From: Scenedesmus sp. PABB004
Lineage: Eukaryota
Length of the DNA stretch: 64,000 nucleotides
Assembly: GCA_014905635.1 (NCBI GenBank)
Contig: JABVCE010000031.1
Span: 124,001 to 188,000 of the forward strand
Reading direction: 5' to 3'
A program made the position numbers and the translations under genes. The notes under the pieces are model-generated. The model saw nothing but the letters and a program-made list of their open reading frames with translations, was not told where the DNA came from and ran no database searches. Shown piece after piece: positions 25,104-38,200 of this stretch (its first letter is position 1; every line of letters begins with the position of its first letter).

Positions 25104-28100
25104 TCACGCGCAGCGCCGCGGCCGGCCGCGGCCGCCGTTGCAGCGCCCGCTGCAGCAGTCACGGTCGGCGCTGCACGTCGCGCCCGACGGCGCCCCGGTG
25201 CAGCACCAGCCGCCACGCGTGCACGCGCCGGCGCGGCCCGCGGTGGTGCAGGCCCTGCCCGGCTGTGTGAAGTAGGAGCACGAGCCGGAGCCAAGGCACG
25301 TCCCCACGACGCACTGCGCGTCCTGCCCCGCCGGCGGCGTGGTGCAGCTGCCGGCGTTGCACGCGCAGCGCAGGTCTGCCGTGCAGTCGGGCCGGTCGAC
25401 TGGGCACGCCGGCGCGGCGGGGCCCGGCGCCGTGCACGCGACGCAGCGGTTTGCGCCGCCGTCCTGGAGGCAGAACGGCGCCCAGGGGCTGAGCCAGCCG
25501 CACGTCGAGTCGCTCAGGCAGGCCTTGCACGCGCCGCCGGCGTCGCACACGCCGCGCGCGCGAGAGGCCTGCGTGCAGCCCGTGCCGGCGGGGTACACCG
25601 AAAACGCGCAGGTCTGCGCCGTCGTGCAGGTCGCGCGGATGCAGCCGCTGCTCATGCCGAGCGGCGGCCGGCAGTCGCTGCTCCGCCAGCAGCGCTGCAC
25701 GGGCGCCGGCGCGGGGCTCGGCGACGGCGACGGCGACGGCGATGGGCTGGGCGAGGCGGGCGACGGCGACGGTGACGGCGAGGCGGGATCCGGCGATGGC
25801 GACGGTGACGCAGGCCCGGGCGAGGGCGAGGGCGAAGCCGGATCTGTGGGCGGGCGGGCAGCAGGGCGGGGTCGGCGGCGCGGGTCTGGCGCGTGCCGCG
25901 GTGGTGCCCACCGCTGACCGCGGGACGGACGCCCTCACCTGGCGAGGGCGAGGGGCTGGGACTCTCGGCCGGCGCGGGGCTGGGGCTAGGGCTGACCGGC
26001 TCGGGGAGGGCGAGGGCGACGCCGGCTCGGGGGAGGGCGAGGGCGACGCAGGCTGGGGGCTCGGGCTGCGGCCGCCGTGCGCGCGTGAGAAGCAGCCGGC
26101 AGCGGGCGCGGCCGCGCCGCCGCCCGCCCGCGCGCGCGCAGCCCGCGCACGCACCTGGGGCTGGCCGGCGCCGGCGACGGCGACGCCGGGTCCGGGCTGG
26201 GCAGCGGGATCTCCTGGCCGACGAGCCGCGCCGCCTCGGCCTGCGCCGCCTCGACGTCCAGCAGCCGGCCGCCGATGCCGCCGCCCGAGACGTACGGCGT
26301 CGGCACGATCGTCGTGGTGGAGGTGAGGACGCGCTTGATGGTCGTCGCGTTGAGCGAGGGATAAAGGTTGCGCAGCGCGAGCGCCGCGCCCGACACAAAC
26401 GGGCAGGCCACTGCGGCGCGGGCGCGGCGCGCGGCGCGCCGCGCGTGGGCCGGTGCGCGGCGCGCGGGCGTGGGGGCGGGCGCGGCGCGGGCGCGGGCGC
26501 GGCGGCAGCAGCGGCAGCAGGCGGCGCGCACTGGAGGTGCCGGAGTAGAATGCGCCGCCGCCGCCGAGCACGGAGCTGTAGATGCCTGCCCCCGGCGCGG
26601 CGATGCCGACGGTCGGCCCAAAGTTTGAAAAGGACGTCAGCCGGTTGTTCGAATCGGTGGCGGCGACGGAGAGCACGCAGTCGAGGCCCGCCATGCCAGC
26701 GTAGGCGGCCGGGAAGCGCGCCGGCGACGCGTTGACGTCGACGCCGTCGTTGCCAGCGGCGCACACCCACAGCACGTCGGCGGCGCACGCCCCGCGGATT
26801 GCCTCGGCTAGAAGCGTGCTGAAGCCACCGCCACCCCAGCTGTTGGACATAACCTTGACGCCTGCCGCGATCATCTCTGCGGGGCAGGGGCGCGGGCCGG
26901 GGGCGGGCCGCGGTTCACGTTGGGCGCGCCGCCGGGCGCAGGGCGCAGGGCGGAGGGTGGCATGGGGCAGCGCGGAGGCCCGGGCGGCGGCGGCGGGGGC
27001 GGGGGGCGGCGCACCGTTGATGCAGTCAATGGCGTCCGAGGTGTAGCCGCCGTCGGCGGCCAGGAACTTGCAGGACACGAGGCGGGCCGCGCTGGCGACG
27101 CCGACGGGCGTGCCGGCGCCCGAGCCGTGCGCGGCGGCCATGATGCCGGCGCAGTGCGTGCCTGCGGCCGCGCGGGCGCGCGCGCGCGCAGTTTTGCTCG
27201 CTCGCTTGCCGGCGCCGCCGCGGGGCGCCGGGGCGGCGGCGGCCGTCCCGGCGGCCATGCGCGGTGCGCACCATGGGAGTCGGTGTCCATGCCCTTTGTG
27301 CTGTTGTTGCACACGGTCGTCAGCGGGTCGAGGCAGGCGGTCGACCGGCTGGTGTCGACGACGCCCGCCAGCTCGGGGTGCGTGTAGTCGATGCCCTGCG
27401 CGGCGCGGCGCGGCGCGGGCGGGCTGCCTATCGGCTGGCCGCCCGGCCACGGCTGGCGGGCGCGCCCGCGCGCCCGCGCGCCCGCACCGTGTCGATGACC
27501 GCGCCGGGCGTGAGCGTGCCGCCAAACGCGGGCAGCTTGGCCCACACGCGGTCGGCGCGCACGCGCGTCACGCCCCAGTAGCGCTTGTCCGCCGTGTCGC
27601 TGCACGTCGCGCCGCCGCCGCACTCGGCCGGCATCGCGAGCGCGGCGAGGGGCTCGTCCATCTCGGCCACCTCCACGTCCAGCCCCCGGCGCGCGTTGAG
27701 CCACGCGAGCAGCGCTGCCGCGCCGCCCGCGTCGCGCGCCTCGACGGCAAACGTGTTACGCGCCCGCATCGGGGACTGCGCCTTGAAGCCCGCCTGGCCC
27801 CGCACGCGCGCGCTGGCCTGGGTGATGCGGTCGGGGGAGAGCGAGTCCTTGTACTTGACCATCAGCCGCGTGCGCGGCAGCGTCGCGACGCGGTTGAACA
27901 GCTGCGCGGCGGCGGCGGCGCGGCGGCGGCGGCGGCGGCGGCGGGGAGGGGGTCACCGCCCGGTGCCGCAGGCGTCACCGCGCGTGCGCGCGCGTGCGCG
28001 CGGGCCGGCGCCCCGCCCAGGCCGCGCAGGCGTTCGCGAAGCGCGCGGGAACAGAGGTGCTGGTGCCGCGGCAACGCGTGCGCTCCACACAGCGGCGCGC

Positions 28101-28278
28101 CGCGGCGCGTTGGGCGCCGCGGAGCAGCCGCTGCTGCGGCGCCCGGGCGCCTCGCGCGCCGGGCCCCGCGCTGCGTCACTCCGTCACGCACCTGTTCGGG
28201 CGGCTCCTGCGCGCCGGCGCTGGCGAGGCAGGCCAGCGCGAGCACGACCAACGCGGACGACGCGGCAAGCGGCGCCAT
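25104..28278 (-). CDS. Secreted subtilisin (peptidase S8) with an (SP)n linker and a Cys-rich C-terminal domain
   Basis: Signal peptide MAPLAASSALVVLALACLASAGAQ; catalytic triad AVIDT|GID, HG|THCAG and GTSMACPFVSG (spliced); SNSWGGG and AAGNDG; SPSP repeats; Cys-rich end. Confidence 0.9.
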
Positions 28279-29104
28279 GCGCGGCCGTGCGCGTGCCAGG
28301 AGCGGCAGTCTGCGCCGCGCCACGCGTCGCAGAACTCCAGGCGGCCGCGCGGGGAGGGAGACGGTTGCGGGTCTGCTGGTGGCGCGCTCTCGGCGCGGGC
28401 TGCGGTCAGGGCAGCGCTCGCGATCGTGCGTGTGTTTGAAGGCTGGGTGCGGACTGCGGCGAGCGGGGCGACTGGCACGCGAGTGGGAGAGGCGCGGGGG
28501 CTGGTCCCGGACGCGCCGCGCGGCGGCCTTCCGTGACCCCGCACCGCGCGTCTCCGCAGAGCTTGGTCCCGGCGCGCCCGCCCGGTGGCACCGGCGCGCC
28601 GAGCACGCTCCCCGCCATGGTTTCAGGCCGCCGCGACGGCAGCGCAACGCTTGGGCCCGGCCGCGAACTTCTGCACGCGTGTGCGGCGGCGGAGCGCCTG
28701 CCGCGTGTGCGGGCGCGCTGGCGTGGGGTGGCGGTGCGTGAGCAGGGGGTGGTGGTGAACGCGCCGCAGGCGCGGAGGCGCGATCGCCCCGCACGCCGAC
28801 CCCGCCTTGCGCGGGCCAGTGCGGGCGGCGGCGCCCGGCGGCCCGGCGCCCGCGCCGCCGCGCGCGTGAGGGTCTCAGGCCCCGGGCCTGGACCGTGGGC
28901 GGCCGCACGCGGCGCGCCGCCGCCGGCACCCGCGCGCGAAAGCAGCGGCGCCGCAGCTCGCCGACGCCGCGGCCGTCGGCGCCCCCGCCGCGCGGCTGGC
29001 GCGCGGCGCGCGCGGCCAGGGCGCTAGCGCGGTCAGCGAGGAGCGCAAAACAGCGGCGGCTCGCAAACCCCGGCCGCTTGGCTGCCGGGTGGGGCTGCCG
29101 GGGG

Positions 29105-29110
29105 TATAAA
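29105..29110 (+). promoter_or_regulatory. Putative TATA box of repeat gene copy 2
   Basis: ggggTATAAAttc ~175 nt upstream of the ATG at 29283. Confidence 0.6.
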
Positions 29111-29282
29111 TTCACGCGCGCCCCCTGGCCGAGCACACAACCGCCTGTCCAGCTCGGCTGAAGCTCCCACAGCGCTCCCTGCTGCTTCTACGGCCAGCCA
29201 CGCGCTCGCACCAGCAGTCGTCGGGCTCGCCTCGCCGGTGACCGCCTTTTCCGGCAACTTCAAGCTGCGCCACCTCGCTGAG

Positions 29283-32200
29283 ATGGCCAACAAGGCGTTC
29301 TACGCCTACCGGGCCAAGCAGGCGGGCGCCGCGCGCGCCGGGGCGGCCACGGTGAGGCCGCGAGCTCCGGGGCTGCCGCCCGGGCAGCTGGGCCGCTGCC
29401 GCGCCGCGCGCGCCCGTACAGGGGTGTGTCTGGTCGACCTCCATCTGGGGCGAGCGCGCCCGACACCGCCGCGCGGCGCCAGCGCGCGGCCGGGCGCCGG
29501 CATGGCGCCCCACGCCCACGCCGCCGCCTGCGCCGCACCGCTGCCCCAGGGCCGCCACGCCATGCCCCAGGCGACCAAGACGGCAGTGTCTGTGCCCGTG
29601 GCGCGCGCCGGCGCGGCCAGCGAGGTGCGGCGCGAGCGGGACGCCCCGCGCCGCGAGAGAGGGCCGCCGCCGCGCTGCAGCCCCCTCCGCGCCCCCCTGC
29701 CGACGCCGGCTGCCGCCGCGCGCAGGCCACGGCCATGACCAGCGCGCCGGCACCGACCGCGCCCCCCGCCGCCAAGAGGAGCTACCTCGAGGCGGTCCTG
29801 GGGGTGCGCGCGCGCGCCGGCAGGCCCCCTAGGCAGAGGCCTCTGCGCTCCTCTCCGCTGCTCACGCCGGCTGCCGCCGCCGTGGCGCAGGCCGCGCCCA
29901 AGACCGAGGTGGCGCAGGCCGCGCCCAAGGTGAGCGAGGCGGTGCGCTGCGCGGTGCGGCGTGAGAGTGGCGCGGGACGCCAGCCTGGCGGACCGCTTGG
30001 CGCGTCCGGCTTGACGGCCCCCTCCACACACGGCTGCTGCTGACGCCACCTATCGCCGCCGCTGCCCGCAGCCCCTGCCCAAGCCCGCCGCGGCGGTGCT
30101 CAAGGCGGCGCCCGCGCCCACGGCCGCGCCCAAGGCCGCGCCCATGGCCGCGCCCGTGCCCAAGGCCGCGCCCAAGGCCGCGCCCGCGCCCCAGGCCGCG
30201 CCCAAGGCCGCGCCCGCGCCCAAGGCCGCGCCCAAGGCGCGCGCCGCCGAGGAGGTCGCCGCGCTGAAGGCGCGCGTCGCGGCGGCGGAGGGCAAGACCG
30301 AGGAGGCCGAGGCGCAGAGCGCCGCGCTCGCTGCCAGCCAGGTGCGGCGCGCTGCGGTCTGTGCGGCGCACGCGCTGGGCAAGCCCTGCCGCCATGCGGC
30401 CCCAGCCTGGCGCCCGCGTCTGCTCGCTCACGCGCCTGCTGCGTGCGCCCTGCAGGCCGCCGACGCGGCGCGCGCCGCCGAGGAGGTCGCCGCGCTGAAG
30501 GCGCGCGTCGCGGCGGCGGAGGGCAAGACCGAGGAGGCCGAGGCGCAGAGCGCCGCGCTCACCACCAGCCAGGTGCGGCGCGCTGCGGTCTGTGCGGCGC
30601 ACGCGCTGGGCAAGCCCTGCCGCGGTGCAGCCGCAGCTTTCGGCGCCCGCGTCTGCTCGCTCACGCGCCTGCTGCGTGCGCCCTGCAGGCCGCCGACGCG
30701 GCGCGCGCCGCCGAGGAGGTCGCCGCGCTGAAGGCGCGCGTCGCGGCGGCGGAGGGCAAGACCGAGGAGGCCGAGGCGCAGAGCGCCGCGCTCACCACCA
30801 GCCAGGTGCGGCGCGCTGCGGTCTGTGCGGCGCACGCGCTGGGCAAGCCCTGCCGCGGTGCAGCCGCAGCTTTCGGCGCCCGCGTCTGCTCGCTCACGCG
30901 CCTGCTGCGTGCGCCCTGCAGGCCGCCGACGCGGCGCGCGCCGCCGAGGAGGTCGCCGCGCTGAAGGCGCGCGTCGCGGCGGCGGAGGGCAAGACCGAGG
31001 AGGCCGAGGCGCAGAGCGCCGCGCTCACCACCAGCCAGGTGCGGCGCGCTGCGGTCTGTGCGGCGCACGCGCTGGGCAAGCCCTGCCGCGGTGCAGCCGC
31101 AGCTTTCGGCGCCCGCGTCTGCTCGCTCACGCGCCTGCTGCGTGCGCCCTGCAGGCCGCCGACGCGGCGCGCGCCGCCGAGGAGGTCGCCGCGCTGAAGG
31201 CGCGCGTCGCGGCGGCGGAGGGCAAGACCGAGGAGGCCGATGCGCAGAGCGCCGCGCTCGCTGCCAGCCAGGTGCGGCGCGCTGCGGTCTGTGCGGCGCA
31301 CGCGCTGGGCGAGCCCTGCCGCCATGCGGCCCCAGCCTGGCGCCCGCGTCTGCTCGCTCATGCGCCTGCTGCGTGCGCCCTGCAGGCCGCCGACGCGGCG
31401 CGCGCCGCCGAGGAGGTCGCCGCGCTGAAGGCGCGCGTCGCGGCGGCGGAGGGCAAGACCGAGGAGGCCGAGGCGCAGAGCGCCGCGCTCGCTGCCAGCC
31501 AGGTGCGGCGCGCTGCGGTCTGTGCGGCGCACGCGCTGGGCAAGCCCTGCCGCCATGCGGCCCCAGCCTGGCGCCCGCGTCTGCTCGCTCACGCGCCTGC
31601 TGCGTGCGCCCTGCAGGCCGCCGACGCGGCGCGCGCCGCCGAGGAGGTCGCCGCGCTGAAGGCGCGCGTCGCGGCGGCGGAGGGCAAGACCGAGGAGGCC
31701 GAGGCGCAGAGCGCCGCGCTCACCACCAGCCAGGTGCGGCGCGCTGCGGTCTGTGCGGCGCACGCGCTGGGCAAGCCCTGCCGCGGTGCAGCCGCAGCTT
31801 TCGGCGCCCGCGTCTGCTCGCTCACGCGCCTGCTGCGTGCGCCCTGCAGGCCGCCGACGCGGCGCGCGCCGCCGAGGAGGTCGCCGCGCTGAAGGCGCGC
31901 GTCGCGGCGGCGGAGGGCAAGACCGAGGAGGCCGAGGCGCAGAGCGCCGCGCTCACCACCAGCCAGGTGCGGCGCGCTGCGGTCTGTGCGGCGCACGCGC
32001 TGGGCAAGCCCTGCCGCGGTGCAGCCGCAGCTTTCGGCGCCCGCGTCTGCTCGCTCACGCGCCTGCTGCGTGCGCCCTGCAGGCCGCCGACGCGGCGCGC
32101 GCCGCCGAGGAGGTCGCCGCGCTGAAGGCGCGCGTCGCGGCGGCGGAGGGCAAGACCGAGGAGGCCGAGGCGCAGAGCGCCGCGCTCACCACCAGCCAGG

Positions 32201-35200
32201 TGCGGCGCGCTGCGGTCTGTGCGGCGCACGCGCTGGGCAAGCCCTGCCGCCATGCGGCCCCAGCCTGGCGCCCGCGTCTGCTCGCTCACGCGCCTGCTGC
32301 GTGCGCCCTGCAGGCCGCCGACGCGGCGCGCGCCGCCGAGGAGGTCGCCGCGCTGAAGGCGCGCGTCGCGGCGGCGGAGGGCAAGACCGAGGAGGCCGAG
32401 GCGCAGAGCGCCGCGCTCACCACCAGCCAGGTGCGGCGCGCTGCGGTCTGTGCGGCGCACGCGCTGGGCAAGCCCTGCCGCGGTGCAGCCGCAGCTTTCG
32501 GCGCCCGCGTCTGCTCGCTCACGCGCCTGCTGCGTGCGCCCTGCAGGCCGCCGACGCGGCGCGCGCCGCCGAGGAGGTCGCCGCGCTGAAGGCGCGCGTC
32601 GCGGCGGCGGAGGGCAAGACCGAGGAGGCCGAGGCGCAGAGCGCCGCGCTCACCACCAGCCAGGTGCGGCGCGCTGCGGTCTGTGCGGCGCACGCGCTGG
32701 GCAAGCCCTGCCGCGGTGCAGCCGCAGCTTTCGGCGCCCGCGTCTGCTCGCTCACGCGCCTGCTGCGTGCGCCCTGCAGGCCGCCGACGCGGCGCGCGCC
32801 GCCGAGGAGGTCGCCGCGCTGAAGGCGCGCGTCGCGGCGGCGGAGGGCAAGACCGAGGAGGCCGAGGCGCAGAGCGCCGCGCTCGCTGCCAGCCAGGTGC
32901 GGCGCGCTGCGGTCTGTGCGGCGCACGCGCTGGGCGAGCCCTGCCGCCATGCGGCCCCAGCCTGGCGCCCGCGTCTGCTCGCTCATGCGCCTGCTGCGTG
33001 CGCCCTGCAGGCCGCCGACGCGGCGCGCGCCGCCGAGGAGGTCGCCGCGCTGAAGGCGCGCGTCGCGGCGGCGGAGGGCAAGACCGAGGAGGCCGAGGCG
33101 CAGAGCGCCGCGCTCACCACCAGCCAGGTGCGGCGCGCTGCGGTCTGTGCGGCGCACGCGCTGGGCGAGCCCTGCCGCCATGCGGCCCCAGCCTGGCGCC
33201 CGCGTCTGCTCGCTCACGCGACCGCTGTGTGCGCCCTGCAGGCCGCCGACGCGGCGCGCGCCGCCGAGGAGGTCGCCGCGCTGAAGGCGCGCGTCGCGGC
33301 GGCGGAGGGCAAGACCGAGGAGGCCGAGGCGCAGAGCGCCGCGCTCGCTGCCAGCCAGGTGCGGCGCGCTGCGGTCTGTGCGGCGCACGCGCTGGGCGAG
33401 CCCTGCCGCCATGCGGCCCCAGCCTGGCGCCCGCGTCTGCTCGCTCATGCGCCTGCTGCGTGCGCCCTGCAGGCCGCCGACGCGGCGCGCGCCGCCGAGG
33501 AGGTCGCCGCGCTGAAGGCGCGCGTCGCGGCGGCGGAGGGCAAGACCGAGGAGGCCGAGGCGCAGAGCGCCGCGCTCGCTGCCAGCCAGGTGCGGCGCGC
33601 TGCGGTCTGTGCGGCGCACGCGCTGGGCGAGCCCTGCCGCCATGCGGCCCCAGCCTGGCGCCCGCGTCTGCTCGCTCACGCGCCTGCTGCGTGCGCCCTG
33701 CAGGCCGCCGACGCGGCGCGCGCCGCCGAGGAGGTCGCCGCGCTGAAGGCGCGCGTCGCGGCGGCGGAGGGCAAGACCGAGGAGGCCGAGGCGCAGAGCG
33801 CCGCGCTCGCTGCCAGCCAGGTGCGGCGCGCTGCGGTCTGTGCGGCGCACGCGCTGGGCAAGCCCTGCCGCCATGCGGCCCCAGCCTGGCGCCCGCGTCT
33901 GCTCGCTCACGCGCCTGCTGCGTGCGCCCTGCAGGCCGCCGACGCGGCGCGCGCCGCCGAGGAGGTCGCCGCGCTGAAGGCGCGCGTCGCGGCGGCGGAG
34001 GGCAAGACCGAGGAGGCCGAGGCGCAGAGCGCCGCGCTCACCACCAGCCAGGTGCGGCGCGCTGCGGTCTGTGCGGCGCACGTGCTGGGCAAGCCCTGCC
34101 GCGGTGCAGCCGCAGCTTTCGGCGCCCGCGTCTGCTCGCTCACGCGCCTGCTGCGTGCGCCCTGCAGGCCGCCGACGCGGCGCGCGCCGCCGAGGAGGTC
34201 GCCGCGCTGAAGGCGCGCGTCGCGGCGGCGGAGGGCAAGACCGAGGAGGCCGAGGCGCAGAGCGCCGCGCTCACCACCAGCCAGGTGCGGCGCGCTGCGG
34301 TCTGTGCGGCGCACGCGCTGGGCAAGCCCTGCCGCGGTGCAGCCGCAGCTTTCGGCGCCCGCGTCTGCTCGCTCACGCGCCTGCTGCGTGCGCCCTGCAG
34401 GCCGCCGACGCGGCGCGCGCCGCCGAGGAGGTCGCCGCGCTGAAGGCGCGCGTCGCGGCGGCGGAGGGCAAGACCGAGGAGGCCGAGGCGCAGAGCGCCG
34501 CGCTCGCTGCCAGCCAGGTGCGGCGCGCTGCGGTCTGTGCGGCGCACGCGCTGGGCGAGCCCTGCCGCCATGCGGCCCCAGCCTGGCGCCCGCGTCTGCT
34601 CGCTCACGCGCCTGCTGCGTGCGCCCTGCAGGCCGCCGACGCGGCGCGCGCCGCCGAGGAGGTCGCCGCGCTGAAGGCGCGCGTCGCGGCGGCGGAGGGC
34701 AAGACCGAGGAGGCCGAGGCGCAGAGCGCCGCGCTCACCACCAGCCAGGTGCGGCGCGCTGCGGTCTGTGCGGCGCACGCGCTGGGCGAGCCCTGCCGCC
34801 ATGCGGCCCCAGCCTGGCGCCCGCGTCTGCTCGCTCACGCGCCTGCTGCGTGCGCCCTGCAGGCCGCCGACGCGGCGCGCGCCGCCGAGGAGGTCGCCGC
34901 GCTGAAGGCGCGCGTCGCGGCGGCGGAGGGCAAGACCGAGGAGGCCGAGGCGCAGAGCGCCGCGCTCGCTGCCAGCCAGGTGCGGCGCGCTGCGGTCTGT
35001 GCGGCGCACGCGCTGGGCGAGCCCTGCCGCCATGCGGCCCCAGCCTGGCGCCCGCGTCTGCTCGCTCACGCGCCTGCTGCGTGCGCCCTGCAGGCCGCCG
35101 ACGCGGCGCGCGCCGCCGAGGAGGTCGCCGCGCTGAAGGCGCGCGTCGCGGCGGCGGAGGGCAAGACCGAGGAGGCCGAGGCGCAGAGCGCCGCGCTCAC

Positions 35201-38200
35201 CACCAGCCAGGTGCGGCGCGCTGCGGTCTGTGCGGCGCACGCGCTGGGCGAGCCCTGCCGCCATGCGGCCCCAGCCTGGCGCCCGCGTCTGCTCGCTCAC
35301 GCGCCTGCTGCGTGCGCCCTGCAGGCCGCCGACGCGGCGCGCGCCGCCGAGGAGGTCGCCGCGCTGAAGGCGCGCGTCGCGGCGGCGGAGGGCAAGACCG
35401 AGGAGGCCGAGGCGCAGAGCGCCGCGCTCGCTGCCAGCCAGGTGCGGCGCGCTGCGGTCTGTGCGGCGCACGCGCTGGGCAAGCCCTGCCGCCATGCGGC
35501 CCCAGCCTGGCGCCCGCGTCTGCTCGCTCACGCGCCTGCTGCGTGCGCCCTGCAGGCCGCCGACGCGGCGCGCGCCGCCGAGGAGGTCGCCGCGCTGAAG
35601 GCGCGCGTCGCGGCGGCGGAGGGCAAGACCGAGGAGGCCGAGGCGCAGAGCGCCGCGCTCACCACCAGCCAGGTGCGGCGCGCTGCGGTCTGTGCGGCGC
35701 ACGCGCTGGGCAAGCCCTGCCGCGGTGCAGCCGCAGCTTTCGGCGCCCGCGTCTGCTCGCTCACGCGCCTGCTGCGTGCGCCCTGCAGGCCGCCGACGCG
35801 GCGCGCGCCGCCGAGGAGGTCGCCGCGCTGAAGGCGCGCGTCGCGGCGGCGGAGGGCAAGACCGAGGAGGCCGAGGCGCAGAGCGCCGCGCTCACCACCA
35901 GCCAGGTGCGGCGCGCTGCGGTCTGTGCGGCGCACGCGCTGGGCAAGCCCTGCCGCCATGCGGCCCCAGCCTGGCGCCCGCGTCTGCTCGCTCACGCGCC
36001 TGCTGCGTGCGCCCTGCAGGCCGCCGACGCGGCGCGCGCCGCCGAGGAGGTCGCCGCGCTGAAGGCGCGCGTCGCGGCGGCGGAGGGCAAGACCGAGGAG
36101 GCCGAGGCGCAGAGCGCCGCGCTCACCACCAGCCAGGTGCGGCGCGCTGCGGTCTGTGCGGCGCACGCGCTGGGCGAGCCCTGCCGCCATGCGGCCCCAG
36201 CCTGGCGCCCGCGTCTGCTCGCTCACGCGCCTGCTGCGTGCGCCCTGCAGGCCGCCGACGCGGCGCGCGCCGCCGAGGAGGTCGCCGCGCTGAAGGCGCG
36301 CGTCGCGGCGGCGGAGGGCAAGACCGAGGAGGCCGAGGCGCAGAGCGCCGCGCTCACCACCAGCCAGGTGCGGCGCGCTGCGGTCTGTGCGGCGCACGCG
36401 CTGGGCGAGCCCTGCCGCCATGCGGCCCCAGCCTGGCGCCCGCGTCTGCTCGCTCACGCGCCTGCTGCGTGCGCCCTGCAGGCCGCCGACGCGGCGCGCG
36501 CCGCCGAGGAGGTCGCCGCGCTGAAGGCGCGCGTCGCGGCGGCGGAGGGCAAGACCGAGGAGGCCGAGGCGCAGAGCGCCGCGCTCACCACCAGCCAGGT
36601 GCGGCGCGCTGCGGTCTGTGCGGCGCACGCGCTGGGCGAGCCCTGCCGCCATGCGGCCCCAGCCTGGCGCCCGCGTCTGCTCGCTCACGCGCCTGCTGCG
36701 TGCGCCCTGCAGGCCGCCGACGCGGCGCGCGCCGCCGAGGAGGTCGCCGCGCTGAAGGCGCGCGTCGCGGCGGCGGAGGGCAAGACCGAGGAGGCCGAGG
36801 CGCAGAGCGCCGCGCTCGCTGCCAGCCAGGTGCGGCGCGCTGCGGTCTGTGCGGCGCACGCGCTGGGCGAGCCCTGCCGCCATGCGGCCCCAGCCTGGCG
36901 CCCGCGTCTGCTCGCTCACGCGCCTGCTGCGTGCGCCCTGCAGGCCGCCGACGCGGCGCGCGCCGCCGAGGAGGTCGCCGCGCTGAAGGCGCGCGTCGCG
37001 GCGGCGGAGGGCAAGACCGAGGAGGCCGAGGCGCAGAGCGCCGCGCTCACCACCAGCCAGGTGCGGCGCGCTGCGGTCTGTGCGGCGCACGCGCTGGGCA
37101 AGCCCTGCCGCGGTGCAGCCGCAGCTTTCGGCGCCCGCGTCTGCTCGCTCACGCGCCTGCTGCGTGCGCCCTGCAGGCCGCCGACGCGGCGCGCGCCGCC
37201 GAGGAGGTCGCCGCGCTGAAGGCGCGCGTCGCGGCGGCGGAGGGCAAGACCGAGGAGGCCGAGGCGCAGAGCGCCGCGCTCACCACCAGCCAGGTGCGGC
37301 GCGCTGCGGTCTGTGCGGCGCACGCGCTGGGCAAGCCCTGCCGCCATGCGGCCCCAGCCTGGCGCCCGCGTCTGCTCGCTCACGCGCCTGCTGCGTGCGC
37401 CCTGCAGGCCGCCGACGCGGCGCGCGCCGCCGAGGAGGTCGCCGCGCTGAAGGCGCGCGTCGCGGCGGCGGAGGGCAAGACCGAGGAGGCCGAGGCGCAG
37501 AGCGCCGCGCTCACCACCAGCCAGGTGCGGCGCGCTGCGGTCTGTGCGGCGCACGCGCTGGGCAAGCCCTGCCGCCATGCGGCCCCAGCCTGGCGCCCGC
37601 GTCTGCTCGCTCACGCGCCTGCTGCGTGCGCCCTGCAGGCCGCCGACGCGGCGCGCGCCGCCGAGGAGGTCGCCGCGCTGAAGGCGCGCGTCGCGGCGGC
37701 GGAGGGCAAGACCGAGGAGGCCGAGGCGCAGAGCGCCGCGCTCACCACCAGCCAGGTGCGGCGCGCTGCGGTCTGTGCGGCGCACGCGCTGGGCAAGCCC
37801 TGCCGCGGTGCAGCCGCAGCTTTCGGCGCCCGCGTCTGCTCGCTCACGCGCCTGCTGCGTGCGCCCTGCAGGCCGCCGACGCGGCGCGCGCCGCCGAGGA
37901 GGTCGCCGCGCTGAAGGCGCGCGTCGCGGCGGCGGAGGGCAAGACCGAGGAGGCCGAGGCGCAGAGCGCCGCGCTCACCACCAGCCAGGTGCGGCGCGCT
38001 GCGGTCTGTGCGGCGCACGCGCTGGGCAAGCCCTGCCGCCGTGCAGCCCCAGCCTGGCGCCCGCGTCTGCTCGCTCACGCGACCGCTGTGTGCGCCCTGC
38101 AGGCCGCCGACGCGGCGCGCGCCGCCGAGGAGGTCGCCGCGCTGAAGGCGCGCGTCGCGGCGGCGGAGGGCAAGACCGAGGAGGCCGAGGCGCAGAGCGC

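Noticed and set aside
29775..29803. SYLEAVLG / TYAATLK motifs as a sign of a LINE ORF1 or Gag protein
   Set aside because: Too short to be diagnostic; no zinc knuckle or reverse transcriptase, and the gene is intron-rich.
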